NCBI RefSeq assembly: GCF_009914755.1
Contig: NC_060927.1
DNA length: 64,000 nt
From: the human T2T-CHM13v2.0 reference genome, Homo sapiens
Reading direction: 5' to 3' (one strand)
The position numbers and the translations under genes are program-made. Shown one piece after another: positions 1 through 12,414 of this stretch. A model generated the notes under the pieces. It ran no database searches. It was not told the origin of the DNA and worked only from the letters and a program-made list of their open reading frames with translations. Positions within the stretch are counted from its first letter, which is position 1; the number at the start of each line of letters is the position of its first letter.

Positions 1-843
1 GCATTTATGTCTGAATTCTTTTTCTAGTCTTTTTAGGGGATGCATTATAGGGAGGAAAGGGAGTGGACACTTTAGAAAAATTATGAATCTAGTTTTCAGG
101 GCCCCTAACTCATTAATACATCAGTGACATTCTAGCATCCTTTGAAATTCTGTTAAGAAGGGCCCTTTGATTTATTAGTGGGATTTTATGAGCTACCTGG
201 GAAAGTGAACCCATTAAAAATGTTAACTGTAAGCATCTGGCTTCCATTGAATAAAGAATCGAAGCCACCACATAAAAGTGACTCTGCACAAACATGGCAC
301 TCCTCTCCCATCACTCCCAAAGCTTCCCATTGTAAATGCCACTTCATCACAGCAGTGCCATTTGCAGTTGTAGTCTCATCTCTGTTATCCACTGCTATTT
401 TCAGGAGTGTATAAATGAGCAGCGAAATTCCTCTCCCCTGGAAATGCCTGTAAGAGCAGATTCTAAAATGGGAACTTTTTGTGACAAGATTGGGTACAAA
501 ATAGTATAATTACTGTAAATTGTTCAATAATAGGGCCAGTAGTTTAAAAGCAGCATTTCCAGATTTCCTTTGCTTCCATACCAAAAAGCATTTTCTTGAA
601 CCCCAATTGCTTCACAGGAGGAAATAATAAAAGGCAGGTGATAGCATTTTGTACTTAGCATAGATACAATGGTTTAAGGACACGGTGCACTGAGTCAAGA
701 CCACTAAGAGGTAGAGGGCAAATTAACCATTTGGACAGTAGGAAAAGGAGGCATTTTAAGGTGGCATGCAATGAGCCAGCCAGCTAATTATAGTAAGAGC
801 AGCTTCCCTAACTTTTACTTTCTATTTCAAGGTGTTCATTGCT

Positions 844-876
<33 letters not shown>

Positions 877-888
877 GTGTGTGTGTGT
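844..888. repeat. Compound (TC)n(TG)n microsatellite
   Basis: About 16 TC units followed directly by about 6 TG units. Confidence 0.95.
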
Positions 889-1074
889 ATAAATCATCTA
901 TCTTCATCATTGCATTATTGATATTGATTGATTGTAGGAGGAGAAAACAAGAATTTTTCCATTTTATAGTTAGGAAAACTGAAACACAGGCATCAGTGTG
1001 CTGTAACCCTACTATAATGCTCTTCTCTTTTTACGCACTTAGGAAAAGGATAATTTTTTTTTAACATTTGTGCA

Positions 1075-1226
1075 ATTATTTAATATGTGTCTCCCCAACA
1101 CTGTAATATCTACGAGAGCCAAATCACTACCTGTCTTGTTCATCATCACAGTCCCAGCACTAACATAGTCCCTGCTATATGGTTGGTAGGTGCTAAGTAA
1201 ACTTTTTTTTAATGAATGAATGAATA
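1075..1226 (+). mobile_element. L2 (LINE2) 3'-end fragment
   Basis: ctgtcttgttcatcatcacagtcccagcactaacatag...ggtaggtgctaagtaa...aatgaatgaatgaat resembles the L2 3' terminus with its (AATG)n tail. Confidence 0.7.
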
Positions 1227-1439
1227 TTATTTTCTGAGGTCATTCCTATTGGAGCATTAGTAAAGCAGGACAAAACTCCAGGTCACATTCCTGTACTATT
1301 GTTGAACTTCTATTCACCCTTCAGGACTCTGGTGAAATGTCAGCATCTTTGGGAAGCCTTTCTGAGTTCTCCCTGACTTTGCCTGGGCTCCATTAATGCT
1401 TCGTACTTAGGCCTGTTGTGTGTTGTTTCTTTTGCTTCC

Positions 1440-1950
1440 TTCTCTTCACGGAACTACTCTTTCATGTGGGTAATTATCCTGTTCCTCAGGCTTTGGATGG
1501 GGTTGACTCCATTTCTAACTGGCCTTGGGATGGGTTCATAATCCAGATCTGGCCTCTCAGGGAACCCTATCCTTCTGGCCATGGTTATTGGCTCAGCAAT
1601 GATCCTGTAGCTTAACTTGGGCCAGCATGGTCTGTGCAAAGTTTTTATAGGCATTACTGAAGCAGCGGGGGTGGGGTGGGGGAAACCCACAATCTTTCTA
1701 CCATAAGCTAGTAGGATGTGAGCCTCCGGCTGCTGGTGTTCGCATTACCTTCCCTGAGGAGAGGTTGCCTGAGAGAAGCAGAGAGACACAAAGCCCCTAA
1801 TGACATTGCTTGTGCCCCTGGATCCAGCCGCGCCTGAATCAACAATACTATTAGACTTTTCAGTTACATGAGCTAATAAACTCGTTCTCATTCTCTTAAG
1901 GCTCTTAAGGCAGGTTGAGTTGGGTTTCTATAACTTGCAAAGGGTCTCTA
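1440..1950 (+). mobile_element. MLT1J/K-like MaLR LTR, degenerate, probably inserted into an L2 (L2-like sequence at ~1310-1400 and ~1950-2065)
   Basis: The 3' part ccctggatccagccgcgcctgaa...gacttttcagttacatgagctaataaa...caggttgagttgggtttctataacttgcaa matches old MLT1 3' ends. The 5' boundary is uncertain. Confidence 0.65.
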
Positions 1951-2319
1951 ATTTCTCTATGTTGCAGTCTATTGAGCATGTACTCCATGAAATGTGGGTG
2001 ATTCATTTCTGTATTCCCAATGCTGAGTATAGGCCTTGTCCTTAGTAAAGGCTTGTTGAATTAAAAAAACGGTGCAATTCTAGGGCAAGGACATTTCCAC
2101 AAGGCCAGGTATTTTGGGGATGACCCTGTCAATAAGGGCTATGTATCTTTTGGATCAAACTCTCATAGAAGAAGGAAGACCTCATAAAGACACCCAGAAA
2201 GTAGGGGCGCCAAGGTCAACCAGAAGAGAGAAAATGGCCTTCAGCCAGTCAAGGAGTAGCTTACGGCAGCTAAGAATAAGACAGTGGGAGCTGTGCAGCC
2301 CCAGAATGGATTTCCCATG

Positions 2320-2443
2320 CCTGGTTTTAATCATGGCTATGGTAGTCTATGTCTTGGTTTTAATCATGGCTATGGTAGTCTATGTCTTGGTTTTAATCAT
2401 GGCTATGGTAGTCTATGTCTTGGTTTTAATCATGGCTATGGTA
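2320..2443. repeat. 33-bp minisatellite (VNTR), about 3.75 copies
   Basis: Unit CTTGGTTTTAATCATGGCTATGGTAGTCTATGT starts at 2320, 2353, 2386 and 2419. Copies are essentially identical, with no spacers. Confidence 0.97.
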
Positions 2444-2799
2444 TTCTGTGTCAAATGGAATGACTAATCCTAGGTGCTTTGGAAATGTTAAATTGTTCAT
2501 AAGTCCCTTAGAGCTTTGTTTCTCCTTTGAACCCCATGGAGGGTTTTGGGCCTCAGAACAGGTATATTAAACCGTCTCCATTTCAACTGGTAATTGAGGG
2601 CCTCTCAAAGTCTACCTAGAAGAGAATGTCTTCTACTATAGAAAGAAACAGATGATGCAAAATTTTGATTTTTTAACCTAAAGTTTGGTCCTGTCTGGCA
2701 AAACAATTGAAGAAACATGACTTTCCAATCTATTTGGAAGGTGAGGGTTCCAAGTACACCCTCACTGTGATCTGAAAATTGTGAAAATCTGTACTAATG

Positions 2800-3040
2800 A
2801 GAAGCTTAGGAATCACCTAGACCTGGGTTTAAATCCTAGATTTGCCACATTTCTGGGGTGGTGGGGTGGACTGACAGGCCCTGAACAGACAACGTCTATG
2901 AGCCCTAGTGTTTTCATGTGTAAAACAGGACTATACTGCCTCACAAAGATTTGATGACAATTAAAGGAAATTACAGATGTTAAATGCTTAACAAGAATCT
3001 AGTACATAGTAAGAGCTCAATGTATATTAACTGTCATTGT
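2800..3040 (+). mobile_element. MIR SINE
   Basis: agacctgggtttaaatcctag...tctatgagccctagtgttttcatgtgtaaaacagg...agtacatagtaagagctcaat: MIR core and tail. Confidence 0.75.
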
Positions 3041-3269
3041 GGTGACAACAATCATGATAATTTCAAGCTTTTATATCCAATTTTGTGTTGGATGCTTCAT
3101 TAGGTAGGAATGAACATCTCAAACATATTTGTCCATCTATCATTATTTCTATATATGTTGTTCACCCAACCATCATATCAAATTCCTGTTCCTTTAGTTT
3201 GGAGGTCCTTATTTTTTGGGGGGGGGGGTCATGAACCTCCTTGAAAATCTGATGAAGTATGGGTGATGT

Positions 3270-3480
3270 GCTCCTCTCTGAAGCTCCAATAGCACCTCAC
3301 AGGTTCCACCTTACCCCACTGTACCTCCATCCGCCTGCACTGTGACTGCTTGTTTATTCCTTTTTCCAGGCTCTGGGAGGTCAGGGAGTGTATCTGCCCA
3401 GATCATCATTTTCTTTACCTTGCTTAGCTCTGTGCCTGGCAGAGAATAGGTGTTTGATATTCACTGAATGCATAAATGAA
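3270..3480 (+). mobile_element. L2 3'-end fragment, apparently nested in an old hAT-like DNA transposon remnant (~3222-3262 and ~3490-3580)
   Basis: tgtgcctggcagagaataggtgtttgatattcactgaatgcataaatgaa is an L2 tail. The flanks ggggtcatgaacctccttgaaaatctgatgaag and ttttgcatctaatttcag...gactccaggtaagaagc look like two halves of one short DNA element. Confidence 0.55.
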
Positions 3481-3626
3481 AATTGCAAAGCCTTCCCCCT
3501 GACCCCTTAAAAATTCACCTACACTCAAGTTTTTGCATCTAATTTCAGACCCTGTCTGAGGACTCCAGGTAAGAAGCTACTATTAATGACTACCTATTGT
3601 AGGTCATTAAAAATGCAGTAGGGAAA

Positions 3627-3682
3627 TTTTCAGGCCAAATAATGAAGCAGCCTGTTTTTCAGGCCAACTAATGAAACAGCCT
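3627..3682. repeat. 29-bp tandem duplication
   Basis: ttttcaggccaaataatgaagcagcct at 3627 and ttttcaggccaactaatgaaacagcct at 3656. Confidence 0.9.
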
Positions 3683-4849
3683 TACCACAGGCCAGAAAGA
3701 AAGTGTAGATCGTCTTCTCAAGAGAGGAAGGACAAAGTCAGAATTGACACTGTGTTCGTGATGAAGGCAACCTTTGTCCAGGTCCCTTGTTTTACCAAAG
3801 ACGACAAGAGGAGCCAGCCTTGCCCAAGGTCACATGGCCACTGGTAAAGAGACTTGAGCCTCCTGGCTTCCAGACCAGTGCTCATCAAACTCAAACCTTC
3901 CCCCTCTTCCCCTCTCGCACTGCCTCCCCAGAAGCTCAGTCCTTGCGAGAATTCAATGAAAATTTCCTTCCAAGCATGGTCCGAAGACAATGTAAGGAAA
4001 TGCAGGATTTACATGACTTTGGTCAAGTGAGGGGACAGGACTTTAAACCAAAGAGTTGATTTAAATCTTTTAAAACCTACAGAGTGAAGGGCTTGCCTCA
4101 TTGCCTCATTTGAAAGATGAAATCATTCTGTCTTTATTTTTCATTGATGGGAGTTTGGCTTTGGAGGGAAAAAGATCTGGCACTTGAGAGCTGGCCCAGT
4201 GAGGATAGGGGTTGTCATTTTCTCCTCACTGAGGCTTAGCAATGCCTTTAGCTAAGGCCCGGCCCATGTATCCCCAAAAGTGACAAAGGTACAGTATTTC
4301 ACACAGGAACACTTGGGGAGCATTTTTCCATGGGACACGGCGTGAGAATCCATTAATCTCACTGCCACATACTCAGGCTATTTCTCACAAGCTTAGCCAG
4401 ACATTTGGGTTTTTTTAAACCATGAAAAAAAGAGCCTTATCCTCCTCATCATACCAGATTGCTCCAGCGGATAAACATCAGACATGGTTTTTAGAGAAAT
4501 ATCACACGATCTGAGAACATCTGCAATTCTCTAGAACGTACCGTTGTCAGAACTTGACTTAAACGAAACAACAGACATCAGACTTTCTTTCAGACGTTTT
4601 GCACTGAAGCTTTCCATTATAGCACGAATGCCTCCTTCTGAAATGGCACCAATTGAAAACGCACCAGGACACGAACATTACCACAACTCAAATTCAGATA
4701 CTCGCATGTTATTAACAATGGTGCTAATTCCTGTTTCAGAGATGAAACTTACAGAGGAGATACCAGTGGGTTTTCCTCCATTGCTACTTTTCATTTGCTA
4801 TGGAGGCCACAAATTCAAGAGATCACTCATTCTTAAATTAACAAAAGTA

Positions 4850-5140
4850 GCCACCACCTGGCAAAACATCAGGCCCTGTGCAGGCGCTTTATATGCACCT
4901 TTATATGTATCGCCTCTTTTAAGCCCCTCAGTGGTCCTCGGAGACAGCTGCTGTTATCTTCCATGTCATACATCAGGGCACTGAGGCCCAGAGCCCAAGT
5001 GATATTGTAACAGCACTTCCTGTGTGCTAAGCACTCTCCATGCATTTTATTTATAGTATCTCATTAAATCTCACCAAATCCTTTGAGGTCAGAGCCATCA
5101 TAAGCTCCAATCTACAGCTGAAGAAACTGAGACAGCTCTC
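4850..5140 (-). mobile_element. Two adjacent MIR fragments
   Basis: Reverse-oriented MIR cores: ...gggcactgaggcccagag, and agcacttcctgtgtgctaagcact...tctacagctgaagaaactgagacag. Confidence 0.65.
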
Positions 5141-5211
5141 AAAGCTAGGCCTAGTTTCCTCCAAAGTTCAGTCACATTTGTTCCATTTGACAGTATGAGG
5201 GAAGGCCTTTT

Positions 5212-5442
5212 TTTGGTTAAGCGTATAGACTCTGCAGTTAAACCTCCTGGACCCTACCCTTGTTAGCAGTATGATCTTAGATAAGCACGAGTTAACTTTA
5301 CCATGGCTCAGTTTCCTCACCTGTAAAGTGGCATAATAATGGAACTTACTTACTTACCTCAAAGGATGAAGAGAATGCAATGCAAAGCATGTAGCATGGG
5401 GTCTAGCATACAGTAAGTTCTCAGGCAGTCATTAGCAGTATT
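5212..5442 (+). mobile_element. MIR SINE
   Basis: tggttaagcgtatagactctg...ctcagtttcctcacctgtaaagtggcataataat...tctagcatacagtaagttctca. Confidence 0.8.
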
Positions 5443-5454
5443 AAAAATAATACT

Positions 5455-5841
<387 letters not shown>

Positions 5842-5870
5842 TTAATTGTGTGATAAGGATTTAGGTAAGA

Positions 5871-6114
5871 CAGCCTAGGCAACATGGCAAAACCTCATCT
5901 CTACCAAAAAATACAAAAATGAGCTGGGCACGGTGGTGGGTGCCTATAGTCCCAGCTACTCAGGAGACTGAGGTGAGAGGATCATCACTTGAGCCCAGGA
6001 GTTTGAGGCTGCGGTGAGCTATGATTGCACCACTGTACTCCAGCCTGGGCAACAGAGCAAAACCCGGTCTCAAAAAACAAAAAATACAATTAATAAATAA
6101 AAAGTAAAAAATTC
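5871..6114 (+). mobile_element. AluJ, 5'-truncated, with TSD
   Basis: Starts at cagcctaggcaacat. J-type right arm (gagcccaggagtttgaggctgcggtgagctatgatt). TSD aggatttaggtaaga (5856-5870) vs aggattaaggtaaga (6115-6129), 14/15 identical. Confidence 0.93.
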
Positions 6115-6569
6115 AGGATTAAGGTAAGAGGTGCCCCGCTGTGCAGCACAGAGCTCCATCGGATTGGAAAAAGTGGCTGCCAGGGGATGCCTCCCCTTAT
6201 TAGTTCAGACAGGCTTATGTACCGGTCTCCTTGCGGGAAGTCCTGTGCTGCTCAGCGTTGATGGAACACACAATGAACTTTTCCTTGCTTTTGTCTCTAC
6301 CAGAACTCGACTGAGTGCGCCCTGCTGTGTGGTTTTATCCCTGGTCTTGGGATAGGTTTCCATGGCTATAGGAAAGAGGTGGAGACAGGGAATGCCACCT
6401 TCTGAGTTCATCAGAATAGAAGTGTGCACCTGCAGCAAGACATGATTCTCCCTAATTTGCTTTCAAGACAAAACTGTGTCTACTGATTGGGTAGATATTG
6501 TTGAGGCAAGATGCGGTATGTCTAGCCTGTGTCCAACACATATGGCGTTAGGTCATTCCTTTCATCTCC

Positions 6570-6900
6570 TCTAATGGTGCCCAGTACAATGAGAATGAAA
6601 TGCAAATCCCTTACCCTGGCTCTGGGCCACCCAGACCCATTTGCGGGTCTCTAGCAACACCCCCAGACCCTCTATCTCTCCCTTGGTCACAAGGGCTTCC
6701 TTTCCTCTTTAAGGTCCTTACACCAGCTCCTCCTTTGCCTGTGACACTCTGTTTCCAGGTTTTTCATGTACGTTCTTCTTCTGTTGGGTCTCTCCTCGAA
6801 TGTCAGTCTTCAAAGAGGCCTTCCTTGTGACTCCATAAACCACTGCAGCTCTCTGATTCACTTCCTTACTCTGTCTTGTTTTTCTGTCTGCTAAAATAGA
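6570..6900 (+). mobile_element. L2 fragment
   Basis: agaatgaaatgcaaatcccttacc...tctcctcgaatgtcagtcttcaaagaggccttcctt, a typical L2 3' region. Confidence 0.55.
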
Positions 6901-7534
6901 ACTGATAATCCTCGTCCTCCTTCTCTCACAGCATTTCTTTGATGAGCAAATGAGATTCATGTGTATGTGTCTATGAAGATGCTTTTATAACTGTGAGTAA
7001 TCACCAGGGATGCAAAGGAGGGTTCAATTTCTATGTCAGTTCACACTGGGTGGGTTTTTCTGGGTTTTTCTGAAGCACAGCCCTGAGATGAATTCCAAGA
7101 CTGCAGTATTCTCAGTGACAAAGGGTGCAGCAATCCCTTAATGATGTCTGACTTGGGAGAGGGAATTAGAGGCGTGGGTGTCACATATTTGCTATCTGTG
7201 CCAAAAATAAAGTCATATATTAATAGAAGCCCAAAATCAATAATTTACAAATAGCTTCCTCAAACTTTCAATGGTACTTCTGGAAAAGTGAGATTTGAAA
7301 TTTTACTCTCCTTCCTTTGCACTCTAAAAATTTATTCCCCTGATATTACTTTTATATTAAAAACTAATTAGAAAACTTCATAGGTTTCATCATATATTTA
7401 ACATCATTGCTAAAGTTCTAACACTATTTTTGGAAATCATCAAAAGAGAAAAGTGTAAGACAGACAAGGAAAACAGAGAAGTTTTCCATGTTTAATATTA
7501 TAAGTCACCACAAAGTATTATTTTGATATTACAA

Positions 7535-7831
7535 TTTTTTTTTTTTTTTGAGACAGAGTCTTGCTCTGTAGCCCAAGCTGGAGTGCAGTGGCACAATCTC
7601 TACTCACTGTAACCTCCGCCTCCTGGGTTCAAGCAATTCTCATGCCTCAGCTTCCCAAATAGCTCAGATTACGAGTGCCCACCACCATGCCTGGCTAATT
7701 TTTGTATTTTTAGTAGAGATGGGGTTTTACTATGTTGGCCAGGCTGGTCTCAAACTCCTGACTTCATGTGATCCGACCACCTTGGCCTCCCAAAATGTTG
7801 GGATTACAGGTTTGAGCCACTGTGCCTGGTC
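7535..7831 (-). mobile_element. Alu, AluS-type, full length
   Basis: Poly-T, then gagacagagtcttgctctgt...ctcccaaaatgttgggattacaggtttgagccactgtgcctggtc. Confidence 0.97.
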
Positions 7832-8984
7832 TTAACAAATTTTAAAAATAGTGATAGGCAAATACATCTAATGAAACTAGAGTATTATTTGTCATTTCTT
7901 TGGATGAACCAATGCATGTAAGGAGGATGTAGTTCTGGGTTTCTCCTGTTTCATCACACAGTAACCCACCGTGGCTCTCTCCTCCATGCCGATATTATAT
8001 AATTGTCAAGGCATTGAGACAGATTTTAATTCATTTAATAATTAGGTCAATAAAAACCATTATTGCTGACAGTGCCATTAAAAGTCCATAATGTCACCTT
8101 CATGGGGGAAAAACTAATATAGTTCCGTTGGATTTTTTCCGTGAAATTAATATGATAGCATTTCAGTGGGTGTCTTAAATAGCTTAAATAGACATTTTTA
8201 TTAACAGAACTAATCATAGAATTAAAACAAATGAAAATCGTTACATTTGCTGTGATGAGGTATCCATGTTCACAGGATTTTATCAGCCTCATTCCTGTGA
8301 AGAACCTGAACATTTACTACCACAAGAACAGTATATTCAACTTGCCTGGAGCACTGCTTAGGGTCCCAAAGAGGCTGCCCATTTGTGTTTTGGTGATTTC
8401 CTCTTCAACACCATGGCTCCATTTCTCAGAGCCACCCTACTGGGAAACATGCCAGAACCATAACCTCCTAAACCAAAAACCTTCTTCATGTCCCCTTTTT
8501 GGCTGGTAGTATTTCATCTAGAATATCTAAGACAGTATTTCAGCTCAGAAAAATACTAAAGCAGAAGGGGTTGCACCTACGCCGCCCAGCAATGTTTTAT
8601 CACCTCTCCTTCCTCAGCTTAATCACTAACGGTAGATAGATCTTAACATGAACTAAGGTAAACTCTAGTATAGTGCTATACGATTTAGGTAAATTCTCAC
8701 TAGAAGAGCAAGATAGCAGGAGGAAAGAAGATTATACCAAGAGTTTCCTCTCAGACACATGAATGCTATGGTTCTGTGAGTTATTCAAATGTGCAAGTCA
8801 CTGTGTATGGCTGCATCATTGCTGCTTGGGTACCTACAACTCTTCATAATCAGATATACCAGGATTCACAAGAATTCAGGGGTGGTCAATATTGATCAAA
8901 GGCCAAGGCCACAGATGTAGCTAGCACATTATACACTGACAGAACGCTTGCTAATGTACACAAAGAAGTAGCGGCTGGAGCCTG

Positions 8985-9235
8985 TGAGGCTGTGCAAACA
9001 GTATAGGCTTTGGGTTTGGGAAGACCCGCATTAGATCTTAGTAACTTGGTTCCCAACAGGATGACCATGGGCAGGTTAGCTCCCTTCAGTTTTCAGTTTC
9101 AGCATCTGGAAAATGGATTGATGAAGTCCACAGTTGTTTGACTCTGTGGTTTTTAGGATGGTTCGAAAGAGATTTCAGATGAAACATATCTAACAAACAC
9201 TGTGGCTGGCAGAGAGTAAGGGCTATTCTTCAGAG
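8985..9235 (+). mobile_element. MIR SINE
   Basis: ataggctttgggtttgggaagacc...atgaccatgggcaggttag...tcagtttcagcatctggaaaatgg...tggctggcagagagtaagggct. Confidence 0.6.
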
Positions 9236-11469
9236 GAAAGAGTCATCTCAGTTGGCATTGGACGTATTTAAAATATGATTGGGAGGGTAGCCTCTGCTAA
9301 CCTCCAGCCACGTTGGTGAACTCTCAGAAAGCCTTGTGCATGCCCAGACATGCTGAATCTAAACAAACCAAAGGGAAGCTGCACTTCTCCACTGATTACT
9401 CCCTTTCCTGCCCTTTGGAAGATTCTAGAAACACTAGGAAATCTACTTAAATATTTTTTAACTCAGTTTTAAACAACATCTCTCAGAAAATACCATTCTT
9501 AGTAGAATAAACCTTCTTTGAAGGCGTACATAGACTTACATATGTGATATTTGCAACCAATCAGCATTTTGGGTGACTGGGCAGGTCTTGGGAAGTGGGA
9601 GGCACAGTAAAAATGAAAGACTTTGTTTGACCTCCCTGAGTTCTAAGCAAGATGTGGTGCCTGAGAAAGCTTATGCAGGTCCTACTGGGCAAGACTATAA
9701 AGCCAAGCGCAACAGAGAAAAAAATACCTTAGGGCACGGACGTTTGGTTTCTCAAGGCCTGTGATGGGGAAGGCCCTGAAACTCCCCTAACAGGGATGGA
9801 AGAAATCTGTGGATATTTTGTTCATGAGAAGTAGAGGAAAAGGGGAGGGGAGAAAGTGGAAACAGCAACGTGTCTGGAAACCAGCTGGCACCTGTGCCTT
9901 GAAGTAAATAAATTGGGTAAAGAAATATGATAGCTAGATAGTCCTAGAAATGAACATCCTGAAATCATCCCATAAACTTTATTTTGGAGGGGGATAGGGA
10001 AGAGAAGAGACCCTTTCTTCCATTTATTTCATTTAGTTGGTGATATTATTGGGCATTAACTTGGGATTCACTATTCCTGTGGCAAGTACTTACCTTTGCT
10101 GAAATTACCAAATATTCTCTGAAACAGACTCTTATCAGAAAATTGATCTATAATACATAACGGTGTCTTGCAAGAAAAAAGTCCCTTGTGGGGGCGATTT
10201 TTTAAAATGGTTCACTGCAGGCCTTTCACAATCACATGGAAATTTGGAGATTGCTCAGATATTGTGGGAAGAGGAGAAAGGGAACAAAGAGAGACATAAT
10301 ACTTGAGACTTTACAGGCTCCTACCATTTTCTAGTCTATTCGACAAGAGCAGCAGAGGTTCATATCAAGGAAGTGAAAACCATTCAGGAATACAAAAATT
10401 GTTTACAAAAAACAGCCTGTGCTTTGCATTCTTTTCTGTTACTTCGACAATTGCCAAGAAGTGTAACTGTGCTTGCTCGGTATTATTTAAATTAAATTAT
10501 CAAATGCAAATGCTAAATATGAACCTCTCAGCAAAGCACTGGGTTATAATGCCATGTCCTCTATTCAGACTAAAAGCTGATTACTGGTTCTGGAGTTACA
10601 AACATGTCAGACAATAATTTAATTGCTTTGCAGGTAGAGGAATATGCAGCGTTCTTGTTCTCATTCTGGAACTCAACACGACTCTTTAATACAACATAAT
10701 GATCATAAACACACACAAAGTCTTCGCCTCACACCTGCTTTATGGTAAAAAGAAGCTATTGCAAATTTCTGCAAAGCTCAAAGAATGAGGCAGTGCCAGA
10801 TTTTTTAATCACTAAGCAAAACAGGTTTCTCACCAAGTGGCCCGGGCTTTTACTCCTGGTTCAGAGAGTTACAAGACACATTTTCAAAATGAGTTTAAAG
10901 CTATAATGAATTTCAGGTGCAAAGGACCACCGTCTAACAGCTAATTTGCTTCCTGTCTTCAACTGAGCTGTTAACCATAGGCAGCCAGCATGTGCACCCC
11001 TTTCTTGGGCCACTGGTGAAGACAGATGTCACAATCAATACTCATTAACTCTGGGATCAGTGTGTATCTTCCTCAGGAAGAGAAAGGGGGTCTTAAATGT
11101 AACTAGGAGGACTTTGTAAGCATTTTCTGAGCATTGCAGTGGCTGAGTGTTAAACCACAACAGGACAGGAGTGCAGGAGGGGGAGAGAAGAAAGGGGAGG
11201 GTGAGAGAGGGAAGGGAAGAAGAAAAGAGGCCACATTTCGTGATCTCCTCTGTCTCTGGAGCTCTTTTTTATCAGCTCGTGAAATTCCCAAGGATCCTGA
11301 TCATCTCCCCCTTCCCAGCTCATCGCAAAGAGTTGTTGTACATTTCTTTGCAATTGGGTAGGGAAAGATCTTGAAAGGTGGATCCAACTTGAACATTAGA
11401 CTTTTGTGAAACATGATACAGAAATTGTAGTGTTGCAGAGCTGTACCTGCTCATTTGCTGACTATGATG

Positions 11470-11600
11470 ACCCAACATTTATTGAGCACTGTATGCCAGG
11501 CCTGTGCTACCTCAATGCTTCACCTGGAGTACCTTATTTAATCCTTATGGCAATCCCATAACCCTATAGGAAGCAGTCATCCTTTTATATATGATGCACA
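11470..11600 (-). mobile_element. MIR fragment
   Basis: aacatttattgagcactgtatgccaggcctgtgcta...ccttatttaatccttatggcaatccc. Confidence 0.7.
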
Positions 11601-11959
11601 TAAAACTGTCTGAAATGATTTGCACCTAATGTAATGATGGTAGGCTTAAATGCTTTCATTTTTGTACTTTGCTGTGTTTTAACAAGTTTTTGTGATGGAT
11701 TTGTTCTTGTTTTTGCAAAATCAAGAATAACTTAAAAATAAAAGACTGGATGCCAATACAAATCTCCCAAGATGTTAACCTTGGTTAATTCTGGGTGATG
11801 AGAACGTAGATGATTGTTATTTCCTTCTTTGTACATTTCTGAATGTTTAGTTTCCCTATATAAGTGAAAATATAGACTTTAAAAAAGAAAAACAAAAGAA
11901 GAAGCCCTTCACTAGTGCCACAGTGTGAGGAGAATGAAGCCTAAGCCTAAATTTTATTA

Positions 11960-12150
11960 AACAGCAGGGTGACCCAATGCTCTGTATCAATGCTAGATAC
12001 ACCACCAAGCATTCGCTACGCATAATCCCACCAGCTCCTTCCAACAACTCTGGGAGGTAGGTGTCACCACCCTCACTGTACAGACAAGCAGAGTGAGGTT
12101 TCGAGTGGGTAAAGGACCAGCACTTGAGGTCACTCGGGTATCTGGCCTCC
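11960..12150 (-). mobile_element. MIR fragment
   Basis: ctccttccaacaactctgggaggtaggtgtc...ctgtacagacaagcagagtgaggtttcgagtgggtaaaggacc. Confidence 0.6.
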
Positions 12151-12414
12151 ACTTACCCTTCTGGCCTGAGGCTCCATGGCATGCCCTCTGACCTTTGCTC
12201 ATACCCTGGTCTCCAGCCGCCTGAGTCCTTGTCTTTTTCTGACCACAACCTCAAAGTCCCTAGGTCCATACCTAATGTTCACACTCTCTCATTTACTTGG
12301 AAAGCCATTTTCCAGACTACACCCATTCTTCCAAACGTGTATCAAATACTCCCCCTTCCACAAAGATTCTCTGAGTCACCTCAGCCTTAGTGTATTCACC
12401 TTGGTGTAGTATAT

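Noticed and set aside
1667-1682. G-quadruplex candidate GGGGGTGGGGTGGGGG
   Set aside because: Only three G-tracts, so it does not fit a canonical four-tract intramolecular G4.
2320-2443. 33-bp direct repeats as a CRISPR array
   Set aside because: Units are head-to-tail with no unique spacers, there are no cas genes, and the context is primate DNA. It is a minisatellite.
4544-4984. 146-aa ORF as a CDS
   Set aside because: Non-ATG start, no recognisable homology, and a 3' part inside a MIR. Only the CpG retention is kept as a finding.
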